42,165 nt of DNA from a virus (lineage: Duplodnaviria; Caudoviricetes). Below are positions 1-7,860 of this stretch, piece after piece. A program made the position numbers and the translations under genes. Under the pieces are notes generated by a model that did no database searches, had not been told where the DNA came from, and saw only the letters and a program-made list of their open reading frames with translations. Location: positions 1-42,165 of IMG/VR virus record IMGVR_UViG_3300020045_006727; one strand, 5' to 3'. How positions within the stretch are numbered: position 1 is the stretch's first letter; each line of letters opens with the position of its first letter.

Positions 1-121
1 CGATATAATAGAAATATCCCCTTCATGGGGTTATCATTATGAAACTTCTTAAAGGATACAAAACGTACATTGTTTCAGCATTATTGGTTGCCGTTGGTCT
101 TATTGATGTGTTGACTGGAGA
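1..121. repeat. Direct terminal repeat (copy 1), most likely assembly overlap of a circular or circularly permuted genome
   Basis: 1-121 is identical to 42045-42165 (cgatataatagaaatatcc...ttgactggaga). Confidence 0.95.
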
Positions 122-209
122 CCTCACTGCAAGTCAATTCTTGAAATCACCCGACCTTCTGGTCCTCTTAAACGGACTTGGACTCGCGGCGTTACGTTCT
201 GCTATCTAG
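39..209 (+). CDS. Putative holin (56 aa, two hydrophobic segments)
   Basis: Hand-translated MKLLKGYKTYIVSALLVAVGLIDVLTG...LLVLLNGLGLAALRSAI. On the circle it lies between the M23 peptidase and the SLT gene. Confidence 0.7.
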   Translation: MKLLKGYKTYIVSALLVAVGLIDVLTGDLTASQFLKSPDLLVLLNGLGLAALRSAI

Positions 210-296
210 TCGCTTGTATACCGCACGGCATTCAGCACCCTCTCTCGTCGATTGGGCAGCTGTAGAGACACTCGGTCACTCCTCTAATAGAGGCGT

Positions 297-698
297 ATTG
301 AACTACTAAAATACCTTAGCTCATTCATTGTTGGCGTAGCATTGGCAGCTACGACACCAAACACCACGTACATAGAAGTTCCTCAACCGACATTTGAGGT
401 TATTGATATTGAGCAAATGATACGTGATACGGCTATAGAGTACGGGGTGGACCCTAATCGGGCCGTGGCGGTGGCAAAATGCGAGTCAGGGCTCAATGTA
501 GACATTCAGAGCAACCACATACGGCCAGACGGCACCAGAGAGCAGAGCTTCGGAATTTGGCAAATCCACCTTCCGGCTCACCAGGACGTCACTAGAGAGA
601 TGGCAATAAATCCGGAGTGGAGCACACGGTGGGCGATGGAACATTTACAAAAAGGACGGTGGAGTATGTGGACGTGCAGCCGTATTGTCGGGTATTAA
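297..698 (+). CDS. Lytic transglycosylase / lysozyme-like (SLT) protein with N-terminal signal or TM segment
   Basis: VAKCESG catalytic Glu motif, SFGIWQI, and W..W.C C-terminus. The frame is open back to ATT at 297, adding IELLKYLSSFIVGVALAA; the ORF track starts at TTG 342. Confidence 0.8.
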   Translation: MELLKYLSSFIVGVALAATTPNTTYIEVPQPTFEVIDIEQMIRDTAIEYGVDPNRAVAVAKCESGLNVDIQSNHIRPDGTREQSFGIWQIHLPAHQDVTREMAINPEWSTRWAMEHLQKGRWSMWTCSRIVGY

Positions 699-743
699 AC
701 AAAAAAGCCCGCACAGACAAGTCCGTACGGACTCTCTTGCGGG
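698..743 (-). terminator. Intrinsic terminator at the convergence of the lysis genes and the left arm
   Basis: Hairpin cccgca...agtccgtacggact...tgcggg (708-743), followed on the minus strand by ttttttgttt. Confidence 0.75.
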
Positions 744-850
744 TATCGCCAGTATCATCGGCAGGGTGGAGGAAAGCTTTATATACGTCCACCAGGTTCC
801 CCACTGTCAGTATAGCGTCATTTTATATTCTTCAATGTTTTTTCCACAGG

Positions 851-949
851 CTAATAGTAGTCAGTCTCTTTCCACGTGCAGTTAGGACAGGCGAGGTATG
901 TTTCCTCTGAGTATATTTCCCCGCACTCGTCGCATTCAACGTCCGGCAT
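851..949 (-). CDS. Tiny zinc-ribbon protein (32 aa)
   Basis: Hand-translated MPDVECDECGEIYSEETYLACPNCTWKETDYY, with two CxxC pairs. Confidence 0.55.
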   Translation of the reverse strand: MPDVECDECGEIYSEETYLACPNCTWKETDYY

Positions 950-958
950 TAGTGTCCT

Positions 959-1183
959 TTAGAATGTCTTTAAGCCCATAGATTCGACCTTTATTTTCAC
1001 TAGTACTTCTGGTTTACCGAGGAATAAAGCCATGTCCGATAGGGACTGTCCTTTAGCATGTCTTTTTAGATAGTTCTCTTCCCACACCTCCCACTCACGC
1101 ATAGTTGGTTCCCTAGACCCCTTCATTTCACGTGAAACAGCCTCTCCTAGGCGTTCGTATTCATCATTCGATAGCTGAGTCAT
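959..1183 (-). CDS. Hypothetical protein, possible HTH/Myb-like DNA-binding
   Basis: W..EENYL...SLSDMALFLGKPEVLVKIK pattern; tightly coupled to the upstream ORF. Confidence 0.5.
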   Translation of the reverse strand: MTQLSNDEYERLGEAVSREMKGSREPTMREWEVWEENYLKRHAKGQSLSDMALFLGKPEVLVKIKVESMGLKTF

Positions 1184-1606
1184 TTTTTAGTTTGGAACCA
1201 CAACACCATAGTGATAAAGAGAAGGGCTTGGAGGCCGGCTGACTGGTACAGCGATTCAATAAAATCTTTTCCTACAAGCACGAAGTACCAATACGTGAGC
1301 CACCACGCTATAAGTCTCCATTCCAGTGCTAGTTTAAATTCCTGCATAACACATGAGGCAGGCGACCTCCTTAATGCGAATACCGTGGGGACATCGTGTC
1401 GCGTCTTGGTACGTTTTATACACGTCCCGTAAGAGCATCCGCACCTTGCGTCGCTTGAGCTTTGGACCTTCCTCAACGAGTGCTTTTTCTGGTTCCATCA
1501 TGTACGTAATTATAGATTAAAACACCAGCAGTAGTTACAGAAGGTTGTGCATGAACAACGGCGGTAGCACAACCCCGTGCAGGAGCAGTTCTTACACACG
1601 AGTTGT

Positions 1607-1948
1607 TTATGTTTCTCGGTCATATTCTTTTCGTACCTCACTGTCGACTCCAATTCTTTTTAGGCGGAGGAGCACTGCGGGGGATGTAATGCCATACTCT
1701 TTCGCGAGGTCACAAATCCGCGCACCTTTCATATATTTCACCGCCATATCCTCAGTCTCGCGCCGCTTGGCCTCTTTTACGCCGGTATAGGTGCCATTTT
1801 TAAACTTAGTCTTCATCACCATAAAGGAGTTGTATTTAATGCCCAGCATCTCAGCAATGAAACGGTACGACTCGCCGGTCTTTTCCTTCACCGCTTCCAC
1901 TTCATGCAGTGTACTCATCTCCCACCGTTGGTGTTCAGCTCGGTTCAT
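1607..1948 (-). CDS. Tandem HTH DNA-binding protein
   Basis: SYRFIAEMLGIKY and ICDLAKEYGITSPAVLLRLK helices. Confidence 0.6.
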   Translation of the reverse strand: MNRAEHQRWEMSTLHEVEAVKEKTGESYRFIAEMLGIKYNSFMVMKTKFKNGTYTGVKEAKRRETEDMAVKYMKGARICDLAKEYGITSPAVLLRLKRIGVDSEVRKEYDRET

Positions 1949-2148
1949 AACCCCTTTATAAGCTCAATAATCTCTGCAACCGTAAGATTCTTGACACTCT
2001 TTTCAAATGCCTGGGCCATGAGTGTGCGTTCTCTCCTCGCAATCTGCGACGTTACTTCATCGGGGACTTCGAGGAGGAGGGGTGGGAAGTTGCGTCGGTA
2101 CACGTCGGCACCTGGTACTCTCCGTTCAAATTGCCATGATTCATTCAT
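1945..2148 (-). CDS. Hypothetical protein
   Basis: ATGA overlaps with both neighbours. Confidence 0.55.
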   Translation of the reverse strand: MNESWQFERRVPGADVYRRNFPPLLLEVPDEVTSQIARRERTLMAQAFEKSVKNLTVAEIIELIKGL

Positions 2149-3128
2149 GTATAGATATTATTACACTGTGTTTGTTTTATCGCTTTCATAATTTCTTCTG
2201 CGACCTGCGGGACAATCGCATTTCCAAGAGCTTTGAGTCGGGGATTTCTGTCCATCCTTCGGGGAACCCCATCATCCACTCGACAAAGGCGGGTTGCAAC
2301 TTCAAGCCAGTTTTTTCTCCATTCGATGTTTTCTCTATAGAGCAATCTGTCCTGTTCCTCACGTTCTTGTTGCTTCCGCTTCCCTTCCACATTGATGCTT
2401 GGGGAGTTGAGAGCATTTGTATTTGTGTTGCCAAGTACGTTGATTTCTCGCGTGGTCTTCCGCTCGTGCTGCCCGATGCAAATACTCCGTCCCCCGCTTT
2501 CGGGGTCATCAGCATTCGACCTCGCAACAATCCAGACCCTATCCCTCCTGTGTGGCGCACCGACGGATACAGCTGGAATAATAAACGGTTGTACTTCGTA
2601 ACCTTCACTTTCCAAGTCAGCACACACTGTCTGGAGAACCAGACCGTCGTTCCAAGTAACGAGTCCGCCAACATTTTCAGCGATAACCCACTCTGGTCGG
2701 AAAAGAGAGACGCATTCAAGCATTGGCGGCCAGAGATAGCGGTCATCTTCCGTTCCTTTTCTTCGTCCAGCTTGAGAGAACGGTTGGCAGGGGAATCCAC
2801 CTGTAATGAGGAAATAGCCCGATTGAGTGTTATTTGAATGTGCTTGCCCGTTTTCTGGTTGTATGCCCTCTGTCCCACCATTGCTGGCTTCCCATTTTTT
2901 GTTTTGGCTTCCTTCATTGCTTTTTCCCCCGCCATTTGTGCGCTTGGGGTCGGCAACAAACTCCCTGATATCCTTGTGGTATTCCGCTTCAGGCCAGTGT
3001 TTTTTGAGGACTTCAGTGCAGAAGTCGTCCCACTCAACGAAAATGTGTTCGTTTTCTTCCTCATGCCATACACGGTCTACCGCTAGAGCAAACCCGCCAA
3101 TGCCGCTGAATAAATCGAGGTGTTTCAT
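2145..3128 (-). CDS. C5-cytosine DNA methyltransferase (alpha-type chain)
   Basis: Motif I DLFSGIGG, IV GGFPCQPFS, VI ENV, VIII HRRDRVW and X LGNAIVPQVA are present; no canonical motif IX in this frame. Confidence 0.92.
   Translation of the reverse strand: MKHLDLFSGIGGFALAVDRVWHEEENEHIFVEWDDFCTEVLKKHWPEAEYHKDIREFVADPKRTNGGGKSNEGSQNKKWEASNGGTEGIQPENGQAHSNNTQSGYFLITGGFPCQPFSQAGRRKGTEDDRYLWPPMLECVSLFRPEWVIAENVGGLVTWNDGLVLQTVCADLESEGYEVQPFIIPAVSVGAPHRRDRVWIVARSNADDPESGGRSICIGQHERKTTREINVLGNTNTNALNSPSINVEGKRKQQEREEQDRLLYRENIEWRKNWLEVATRLCRVDDGVPRRMDRNPRLKALGNAIVPQVAEEIMKAIKQTQCNNIYT
2186..3064 (-). CDS. Nested alternative-frame ORF, putative methyltransferase beta chain (TRD plus motif IX)
   Basis: Open for ~290 codons inside the MTase gene, with LPTP/LMTP/LSTP units and LQPAFVEWMMGFPEGWT. 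The start is uncertain (ATG 3064 or downstream). Confidence 0.65.
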   Translation of the reverse strand: MRKKTNTFSLSGTTSALKSSKNTGLKRNTTRISGSLLPTPSAQMAGEKAMKEAKTKNGKPAMVGQRAYNQKTGKHIQITLNRAISSLQVDSPANRSLKLDEEKERKMTAISGRQCLNASLFSDQSGLSLKMLADSLLGTTVWFSRQCVLTWKVKVTKYNRLLFQLYPSVRHTGGIGSGLLRGRMLMTPKAGDGVFASGSTSGRPREKSTYLATQIQMLSTPQASMWKGSGSNKNVRNRTDCSIEKTSNGEKTGLKLQPAFVEWMMGFPEGWTEIPDSKLLEMRLSRRSQKKL

Positions 3129-3146
3129 GAAAAACTTTGGTGTACT

Positions 3147-3425
3147 TCATGTACATCCTTTATGTCTATACATAAGTATACCGACGTTTGTGCCCTCCTC
3201 AAGCGTTTTCACCACCTCCCGCTGCTCGCGGAAGGTGTCGGTGGCATCCAGGTTGTTCAGTTGCATAATCATCCCCACGATGGACCACTTCAACTCCTCA
3301 CACTCCTTGTCTTTGAGAACGTCGTGCCAGACTTCTTCCGTTTCAGTGAGGATAAGGTTGCCTTTGAAAGAAGGCTCGGGGTTGAGGAGGAGGCCGAGTG
3401 CCCCCATGCGGAGTGCCTCGAACAT
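3147..3425 (-). CDS. Hypothetical protein
   Basis: ATG ORF co-oriented with the left-arm operon. Confidence 0.55.
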   Translation of the reverse strand: MFEALRMGALGLLLNPEPSFKGNLILTETEEVWHDVLKDKECEELKWSIVGMIMQLNNLDATDTFREQREVVKTLEEGTNVGILMYRHKGCT

Positions 3426-3477
3426 ATCTTGTAATTATAACGCTGTTTTTATTTTGCTCAGTTTAGTGTGTTGATAT

Positions 3478-3645
3478 CTATGGTGTTGGATAGGTATACT
3501 CCATCATAAATCTTTCAATTTGCTCAACGGTGAGGTAGTAGTCGTTCTTCTCTCCAACGGTTTGTTTATTCTTCATCGAAAACAGAATCATCTCACCCAT
3601 CATTGTGGCAAACGCTAGGTTCTTTTCCATGTCTCGTTTGTTCAT
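3478..3645 (-). CDS. Hypothetical protein (55 aa)
   Basis: Hand-translated MNKRDMEKNLAFATMMGEMILFSMK...YPTP; fills a gap in the operon. Confidence 0.5.
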   Translation of the reverse strand: MNKRDMEKNLAFATMMGEMILFSMKNKQTVGEKNDYYLTVEQIERFMMEYTYPTP

Positions 3646-3654
3646 ACACAGTTT

Positions 3655-3960
3655 TTATTTGTTTAATAACGCTACTTTGAGGGTTTCTAAAGCTCGGTTA
3701 TGTCCTGCTATTGCGTAACACGCTCCATAGTTGTCTGGATCATTTTTATCTAACTGTTCTTTTTTCATCCCCTCTATCCTCTCCACCACTTCTTTAATCG
3801 TCTCTTCTCGTACGGTTTCTATTTCTTTCTGGATGAATGATTTGAGTTGTCCGGCGAGTTCTGTTCCTGCGATATTTATCTCATTTTCGGCATCACTGAA
3901 GTGAAATTCCTTATCAAATCTTGTCCTCCACTCCTCTCTATTGGGTGTTGGGGTGGTCAT
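3655..3960 (-). CDS. Hypothetical protein
   Basis: ATG ORF in the operon; EEWRTRFDKEF...LKSFIQKEI pattern typical of small phage proteins. Confidence 0.6.
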   Translation of the reverse strand: MTTPTPNREEWRTRFDKEFHFSDAENEINIAGTELAGQLKSFIQKEIETVREETIKEVVERIEGMKKEQLDKNDPDNYGACYAIAGHNRALETLKVALLNK

Positions 3961-4132
3961 GGTTTTTCGTGATTAAGAAACTTAATCTCTTCTATAATCG
4001 AGTCAATGTATCTTTGTTTTTCCAGTTGAGTACGCTCATACCACCGGAAACTGAGATAGTCCTGCAATACAGTCTCAAGTATTGCTGGCGTAAGGCGGTA
4101 GTAGTTAGTATCCATAATATCTCTATGTTAGG

Positions 4133-4693
4133 TTACTTGGTAATGGCGAGCACATACTTATTGTTATCAATCCAACGAATAGCTGGTTCTGAGTCATCCG
4201 CCCTTACCCACACATACCACGCGTATACCATCATACCTGTGTGGTATTTTCCATCTTCTCTCAAGGGTTCGCCAAGCATGGGATAACGGGTAAATACATA
4301 GATTCTTGAAAGTGGAAAATCTTTATCCTGCCAAATCTGTTCGTAACGTTTTTGACCGTGAAGATAGGAAAGGGGTAGAAGAAACGCAATTTTCTTTTGT
4401 GCCACTTCTTTTGCTTTCTGGATGAACTCAAATGCTAATGAGTAGGGTGGATTTGTTATCACGTTGTCGAACTGGCGCGTTTCTTTCAAGAAATCTGTTT
4501 CGCTGTCATAGCTCGTTGCTTTGCCGAGAACTCGCACCATCGCTCCATTTCCGCACGCTGGTTCAAGAATAGTCCCGTCGAATCTCTCTCGTTCAAGCAA
4601 CTGCTCTGTCATGCTGTAAGGGGTTTCATAGAGGTCAGACTTGCGCCTTTGCCCCTGATTATTCCCTGAAAAGTTCTTACCTATTGTTTTCAT
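4133..4693 (-). CDS. Small N6-adenine (amino) DNA methyltransferase-like protein
   Basis: DLYETP, SAM-binding ILEPACGNG and catalytic ITNPPY. Confidence 0.85.
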   Translation of the reverse strand: MKTIGKNFSGNNQGQRRKSDLYETPYSMTEQLLERERFDGTILEPACGNGAMVRVLGKATSYDSETDFLKETRQFDNVITNPPYSLAFEFIQKAKEVAQKKIAFLLPLSYLHGQKRYEQIWQDKDFPLSRIYVFTRYPMLGEPLREDGKYHTGMMVYAWYVWVRADDSEPAIRWIDNNKYVLAITK

Positions 4694-4953
4694 GGATTGG
4701 ATTTGTTTGGAATCGGTGGTAAGACTCTAGTGCTTAGAGCCTCTCGGTATTCTAAATGTCCCTGTTGTACCCATTGTCTGCATATCTGAGCGACGAAGTT
4801 GATGGACCCCTGGTGGGAGATACCAAGTATCGTACCAAGTTCGCGTGAGGAAATGTCGCCGTTTAGATAGTCAAGTAACGCAACCCTCTCAGCGAAAGAA
4901 ACATTTATTGTGTACCTATCCATTTTTTTGACTCGTTTACTTTGAGTTTTCAT
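4690..4953 (-). CDS. Putative HTH DNA-binding protein
   Basis: ISSRELGTILGISHQG. Confidence 0.55.
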   Translation of the reverse strand: MKTQSKRVKKMDRYTINVSFAERVALLDYLNGDISSRELGTILGISHQGSINFVAQICRQWVQQGHLEYREALSTRVLPPIPNKSNP

Positions 4954-4987
4954 ACCTTTTGAGCCGCACAGATGTCGTAGGGGAGGG

Positions 4988-5383
4988 TCATGCGAGTTCG
5001 ATGTATTTAAGTAATAGTGGTTTCGACTTTGGGTTCGTCATATCCACTTGATTAGCTTTGAATAGGTTACAGCGACGGCACAATATTTCAAGATTTTCTA
5101 AGTCTTCGTACTTGCTCTCGTTATCCTGCCCTACAAGCTGTCGCAACAGACTTACGGGGATGATGTGGTCAAGAGTGAGTGAATCTGTCCTTGCACATCG
5201 TCTACAAACCCTGCCATCCCGTTCAGCCACTTCCGCAAATGCACTCTCAACATACCGCTTCCCCTTACGTTTGAGGACTTTAGTACCCTCTATTGAGTAT
5301 TGAGCGTTGTTTGGTAGTGGGGCAAGTGGAACATATAGAGATGGGTCAAAACCACTTGCGTGTATGTGTCTAGTGTCGTCCAT
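4988..5383 (-). CDS. HNH endonuclease
   Basis: RDGRVCRRC...LTLDHIIP...NLEILCRRCN..K; ATG 5383 follows the YopX stop. Confidence 0.85.
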   Translation of the reverse strand: MDDTRHIHASGFDPSLYVPLAPLPNNAQYSIEGTKVLKRKGKRYVESAFAEVAERDGRVCRRCARTDSLTLDHIIPVSLLRQLVGQDNESKYEDLENLEILCRRCNLFKANQVDMTNPKSKPLLLKYIELA

Positions 5384-5384
5384 A

Positions 5385-5807
5385 CTACTTTCTATCACTA
5401 CTAATGAGTTCTGGATTGGAGTAAATGTCGCCGATGACTTCAAAGAGGTTTGTTTTACCCTGAGTCAGTTGCCAATATTTGTCTTTTCCTCTTGTCGCAC
5501 CGTGGTCGTAACAGAATGAACCTTCAACGAACTCTACGACCCTATTGTGTTTTTTTCTTGACGGTGGGTTTACTGGCTTCAAAATATCCCCCTCATATAT
5601 CTCCTTGCCCGCTTTATCCGTTAAACCAGTGAATTGCATTATTACCTGCTCCTCCTCATCTCCTTTAGGCCACTGACATATGCCACGGTACTCATCCTGC
5701 GATGACTCAAAAGCAAGAGAGCTATACTCGGTACAAATCCACTTACGGTCGAGTGGCACCATAACTTTTTCTTTTGTGTCCCACGCTCTAAACTTTATTT
5801 TTCTCAT
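5385..5807 (-). CDS. YopX family protein
   Basis: MRKIKFRAWD, MQFTGLTDKAGKEIYEGDIL, EVIGDIYSNPEL. Confidence 0.9.
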   Translation of the reverse strand: MRKIKFRAWDTKEKVMVPLDRKWICTEYSSLAFESSQDEYRGICQWPKGDEEEQVIMQFTGLTDKAGKEIYEGDILKPVNPPSRKKHNRVVEFVEGSFCYDHGATRGKDKYWQLTQGKTNLFEVIGDIYSNPELISSDRK

Positions 5808-6163
5808 ACATTTTTACTATCACTACTAATGGTACGGGCGGCGAGATTTGGTCTACTGTCACGCCACATGCTTTCTAACTGTCCTATCCCTACCACAATC
5901 ATCTCTCTCAGCTCTTTCATTTGCTCGTAGGTTAGTTCCGTCACAGTGCCGTTTACCCCAAAGTCCATCTCCCCTTTGTGGTACCTAAAAGAAAGCAATG
6001 ATGTCTCCCCCCTCGCCTGTTCGACTAGGGTGGTGACGATTCCCATGATGTCTTTTATGAACTCAGGCTGGTACATTTTTTGGTCACTACTGACTCTGAA
6101 CATGTCCACAAGCTCGGTGATTTTCCTTCCTGCCTCCTCATTACTCGTTGGTTGGGTGGTCAT
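5804..6163 (-). CDS. Hypothetical protein
   Basis: ATGA-coupled to YopX. Confidence 0.6.
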   Translation of the reverse strand: MTTQPTSNEEAGRKITELVDMFRVSSDQKMYQPEFIKDIMGIVTTLVEQARGETSLLSFRYHKGEMDFGVNGTVTELTYEQMKELREMIVVGIGQLESMWRDSRPNLAARTISSDSKNV

Positions 6164-6187
6164 ACACTAGGTTTATTTGTTAATGGG

Positions 6188-6373
6188 TTAGCAAGTTACA
6201 CATGTGTGCGGGTAAGTTTTGCCACATACTGGGCATGGATAAAGTTGGGGGATTGTATTAGGAGTATACGGATAGACTGGAACATACTGTGGGCGTGACT
6301 CAAGTGCCAATATCCTACGCTCAAGTTCTTCTAATTTGGTTTCCTTAACCTTTCTCACTTTAGTTTGTTTCAT
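6188..6373 (-). CDS. Small coiled-coil protein with C-terminal CxxC/HxC zinc motif
   Basis: LEELERRILALE...CPVCGKTYPHTC. Confidence 0.55.
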   Translation of the reverse strand: MKQTKVRKVKETKLEELERRILALESRPQYVPVYPYTPNTIPQLYPCPVCGKTYPHTCVTC

Positions 6374-6495
6374 GGGTTTATCCTATCCACTATCGTTATA
6401 ATCGCCCACACCAACCCCGCTATGACAGCGGAGTAGTAGGCAAGGCGTATGGGAGATGGGCGTTCGTGGTTCATACGTTAGTTATCTACTTTTCC

Positions 6496-6669
6496 TCACT
6501 GCTCATTGAGTGAGGCTTTAGTAGTGTTGTTACTTTCTATTCTCTTTAGAAGGGCGGACTGTCCTTGTTTCCCTATTTTTTTATAATGCTCGGTGCCGTA
6601 TTTTTTCTTGGTTGAGTCACCGCCTCTTTTTCCGAGTGACTTCATATATTCGTTTTTTTTATTTTGCAT
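6496..6669 (-). CDS. Small KGG-repeat-like basic protein (57 aa)
   Basis: Hand-translated MQNKKNEYMKSLGKRGGDSTKKKYGTEHYKKIGKQGQ... Confidence 0.6.
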   Translation of the reverse strand: MQNKKNEYMKSLGKRGGDSTKKKYGTEHYKKIGKQGQSALLKRIESNNTTKASLNEQ

Positions 6670-7120
6670 ATTTTTTATCTATATAGTTAGCATATTGTTT
6701 AGTAAATCCACACATTTCTCCTATTTCAGTGTACGTCAGTCCTTTTCTTCTGAGGGAGATCACCTTATTAACTATATATATTTTGTTTTTATCGATTTTA
6801 CTAAATTGATGGTGGTTGTAGTGACATTTGTGACACAACGTAATCATACCTGATAAGTCAGAAGTACTATCGTACCCTCTGCTGTTTTTTCCGCACTGTC
6901 CATTCAAGTGATGTACATCGTGTAATTTTTTTCTACCACTTAATACTCCTTTTTTTATCTTCTTATTAAAATTCTCGACATCTATGACAGTTCGTACATC
7001 GCCACATGATTTACACTTGAAACCGTCTCGTATACGAACAAACATCCGTGCTCTTCCTCTGCCTCTAGTGTGATGCAGTTTCCCTCCTCTTTTTCTTACA
7101 TACGATTCAAGTTTATCCAT
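6659..7120 (-). CDS. HNH endonuclease fused to a C-terminal HTH
   Basis: RDGFKCKSCG...DVHH...ITLCHKCH, then GLTYTEIGEMCGFTKQY. Confidence 0.8.
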   Translation of the reverse strand: MDKLESYVRKRGGKLHHTRGRGRARMFVRIRDGFKCKSCGDVRTVIDVENFNKKIKKGVLSGRKKLHDVHHLNGQCGKNSRGYDSTSDLSGMITLCHKCHYNHHQFSKIDKNKIYIVNKVISLRRKGLTYTEIGEMCGFTKQYANYIDKKYAK

Positions 7121-7260
7121 TTATATAGATAATTACATACAAGCACCAAACGGGCAAGCGCTTAGTTGTGAATAACTTGTGAAATATTGACAAAAAGACT
7201 ATCCACATGTATACAAGCGGGCTAGTGGACAAGCGAATCAGTAGGGTATATACTTGAGGA
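7121..7260. promoter_or_regulatory. Divergent early control region
   Basis: Rightward TTGACA-17-TATACA (7187-7215) and TGGACA-17-TATACT (7226-7254); four CAAGC(G) repeats; DnaA-box-like tgtgaataa (7167-7175) and ctatccaca (7199-7207). Confidence 0.7.
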
Positions 7261-7312
7261 GTGAGGCTTTAACCAATAAATCGTCCACGCCTGACGCAAA
7301 CTGGCGACACAT

Positions 7313-7429
7313 ATGTCCTATCCAATACCAGGTTACGATTACCACGACACGATAGACGACGCAGCGTTTGACCCGTCTGACACGCTATTCGACGTAATAG
7401 ACCGAGCATTTAACCATGAGTCCCTATGA
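7313..7429 (+). CDS. Small acidic protein (38 aa)
   Basis: First ORF after the promoters; ATGA overlap with the ORF at 7426. Confidence 0.45.
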   Translation: MSYPIPGYDYHDTIDDAAFDPSDTLFDVIDRAFNHESL

Positions 7430-7608
7430 AACATACGACACGTATCTCGAAGGAGAGTATGCAATCCTTGCACACTGCCTCCGACGTGAACTCAGGTATG
7501 ATACTGCACCAAAGAAGTGAATCACCGCTTGAGAGTGTTCTGACTGGAGTGTTAGTTCTCGCCCTTTTAGGAATCATTATGCTCGCGGCGGTAGTCGCAA
7601 CTATATGA
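7426..7608 (+). CDS. Small protein with C-terminal TM helix
   Basis: VLTGVLVLALLGIIMLAAVVATI. Confidence 0.6.
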   Translation: MKHTTRISKESMQSLHTASDVNSGMILHQRSESPLESVLTGVLVLALLGIIMLAAVVATI

Positions 7609-7689
7609 TTGAGAAAAAAGTTATTGACTGTTTAATCGAGTACGCCATCTACGGAGACGAAGGGCCGTACCTCTACTATCAACGAAAAT

Positions 7690-7860
7690 ATGGACGACTT
7701 AATTGACGCACGTGAGGATGAGAAAGATGCACGCGAAGCACGCAAGTTTGCTGAAAAGGAACTCGACGATGCACAGCGATGGCTTCGTCGGTGCCGTGAA
7801 GCAGAAGCCGAGGCGATTATCAAAGTACGCGAGCTTGAGTTAGCGGAGCAAAAAGTATGA
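7690..7860 (+). CDS. Small coiled-coil protein (56 aa)
   Basis: Hand-translated MDDLIDAREDEKDAREARKFAEKEL...; ATGA overlap with 7857. Confidence 0.55.
   Translation: MDDLIDAREDEKDAREARKFAEKELDDAQRWLRRCREAEAEAIIKVRELELAEQKV

Noticed and set aside
1-121. Biological direct terminal repeat (T7-like)
   Set aside because: An exact 121-bp overlap interrupting a gene is more typical of assembler circularisation; it cannot be distinguished without reads.
210-296. tRNA or riboswitch between the holin and SLT genes
   Set aside because: No cloverleaf, T-loop or recognisable aptamer; only short stems.
2022-3474. Long plus-strand ORFs 2022-2837 and 2827-3474
   Set aside because: Antisense shadows of the doubly constrained MTase locus, with no recognisable motifs.
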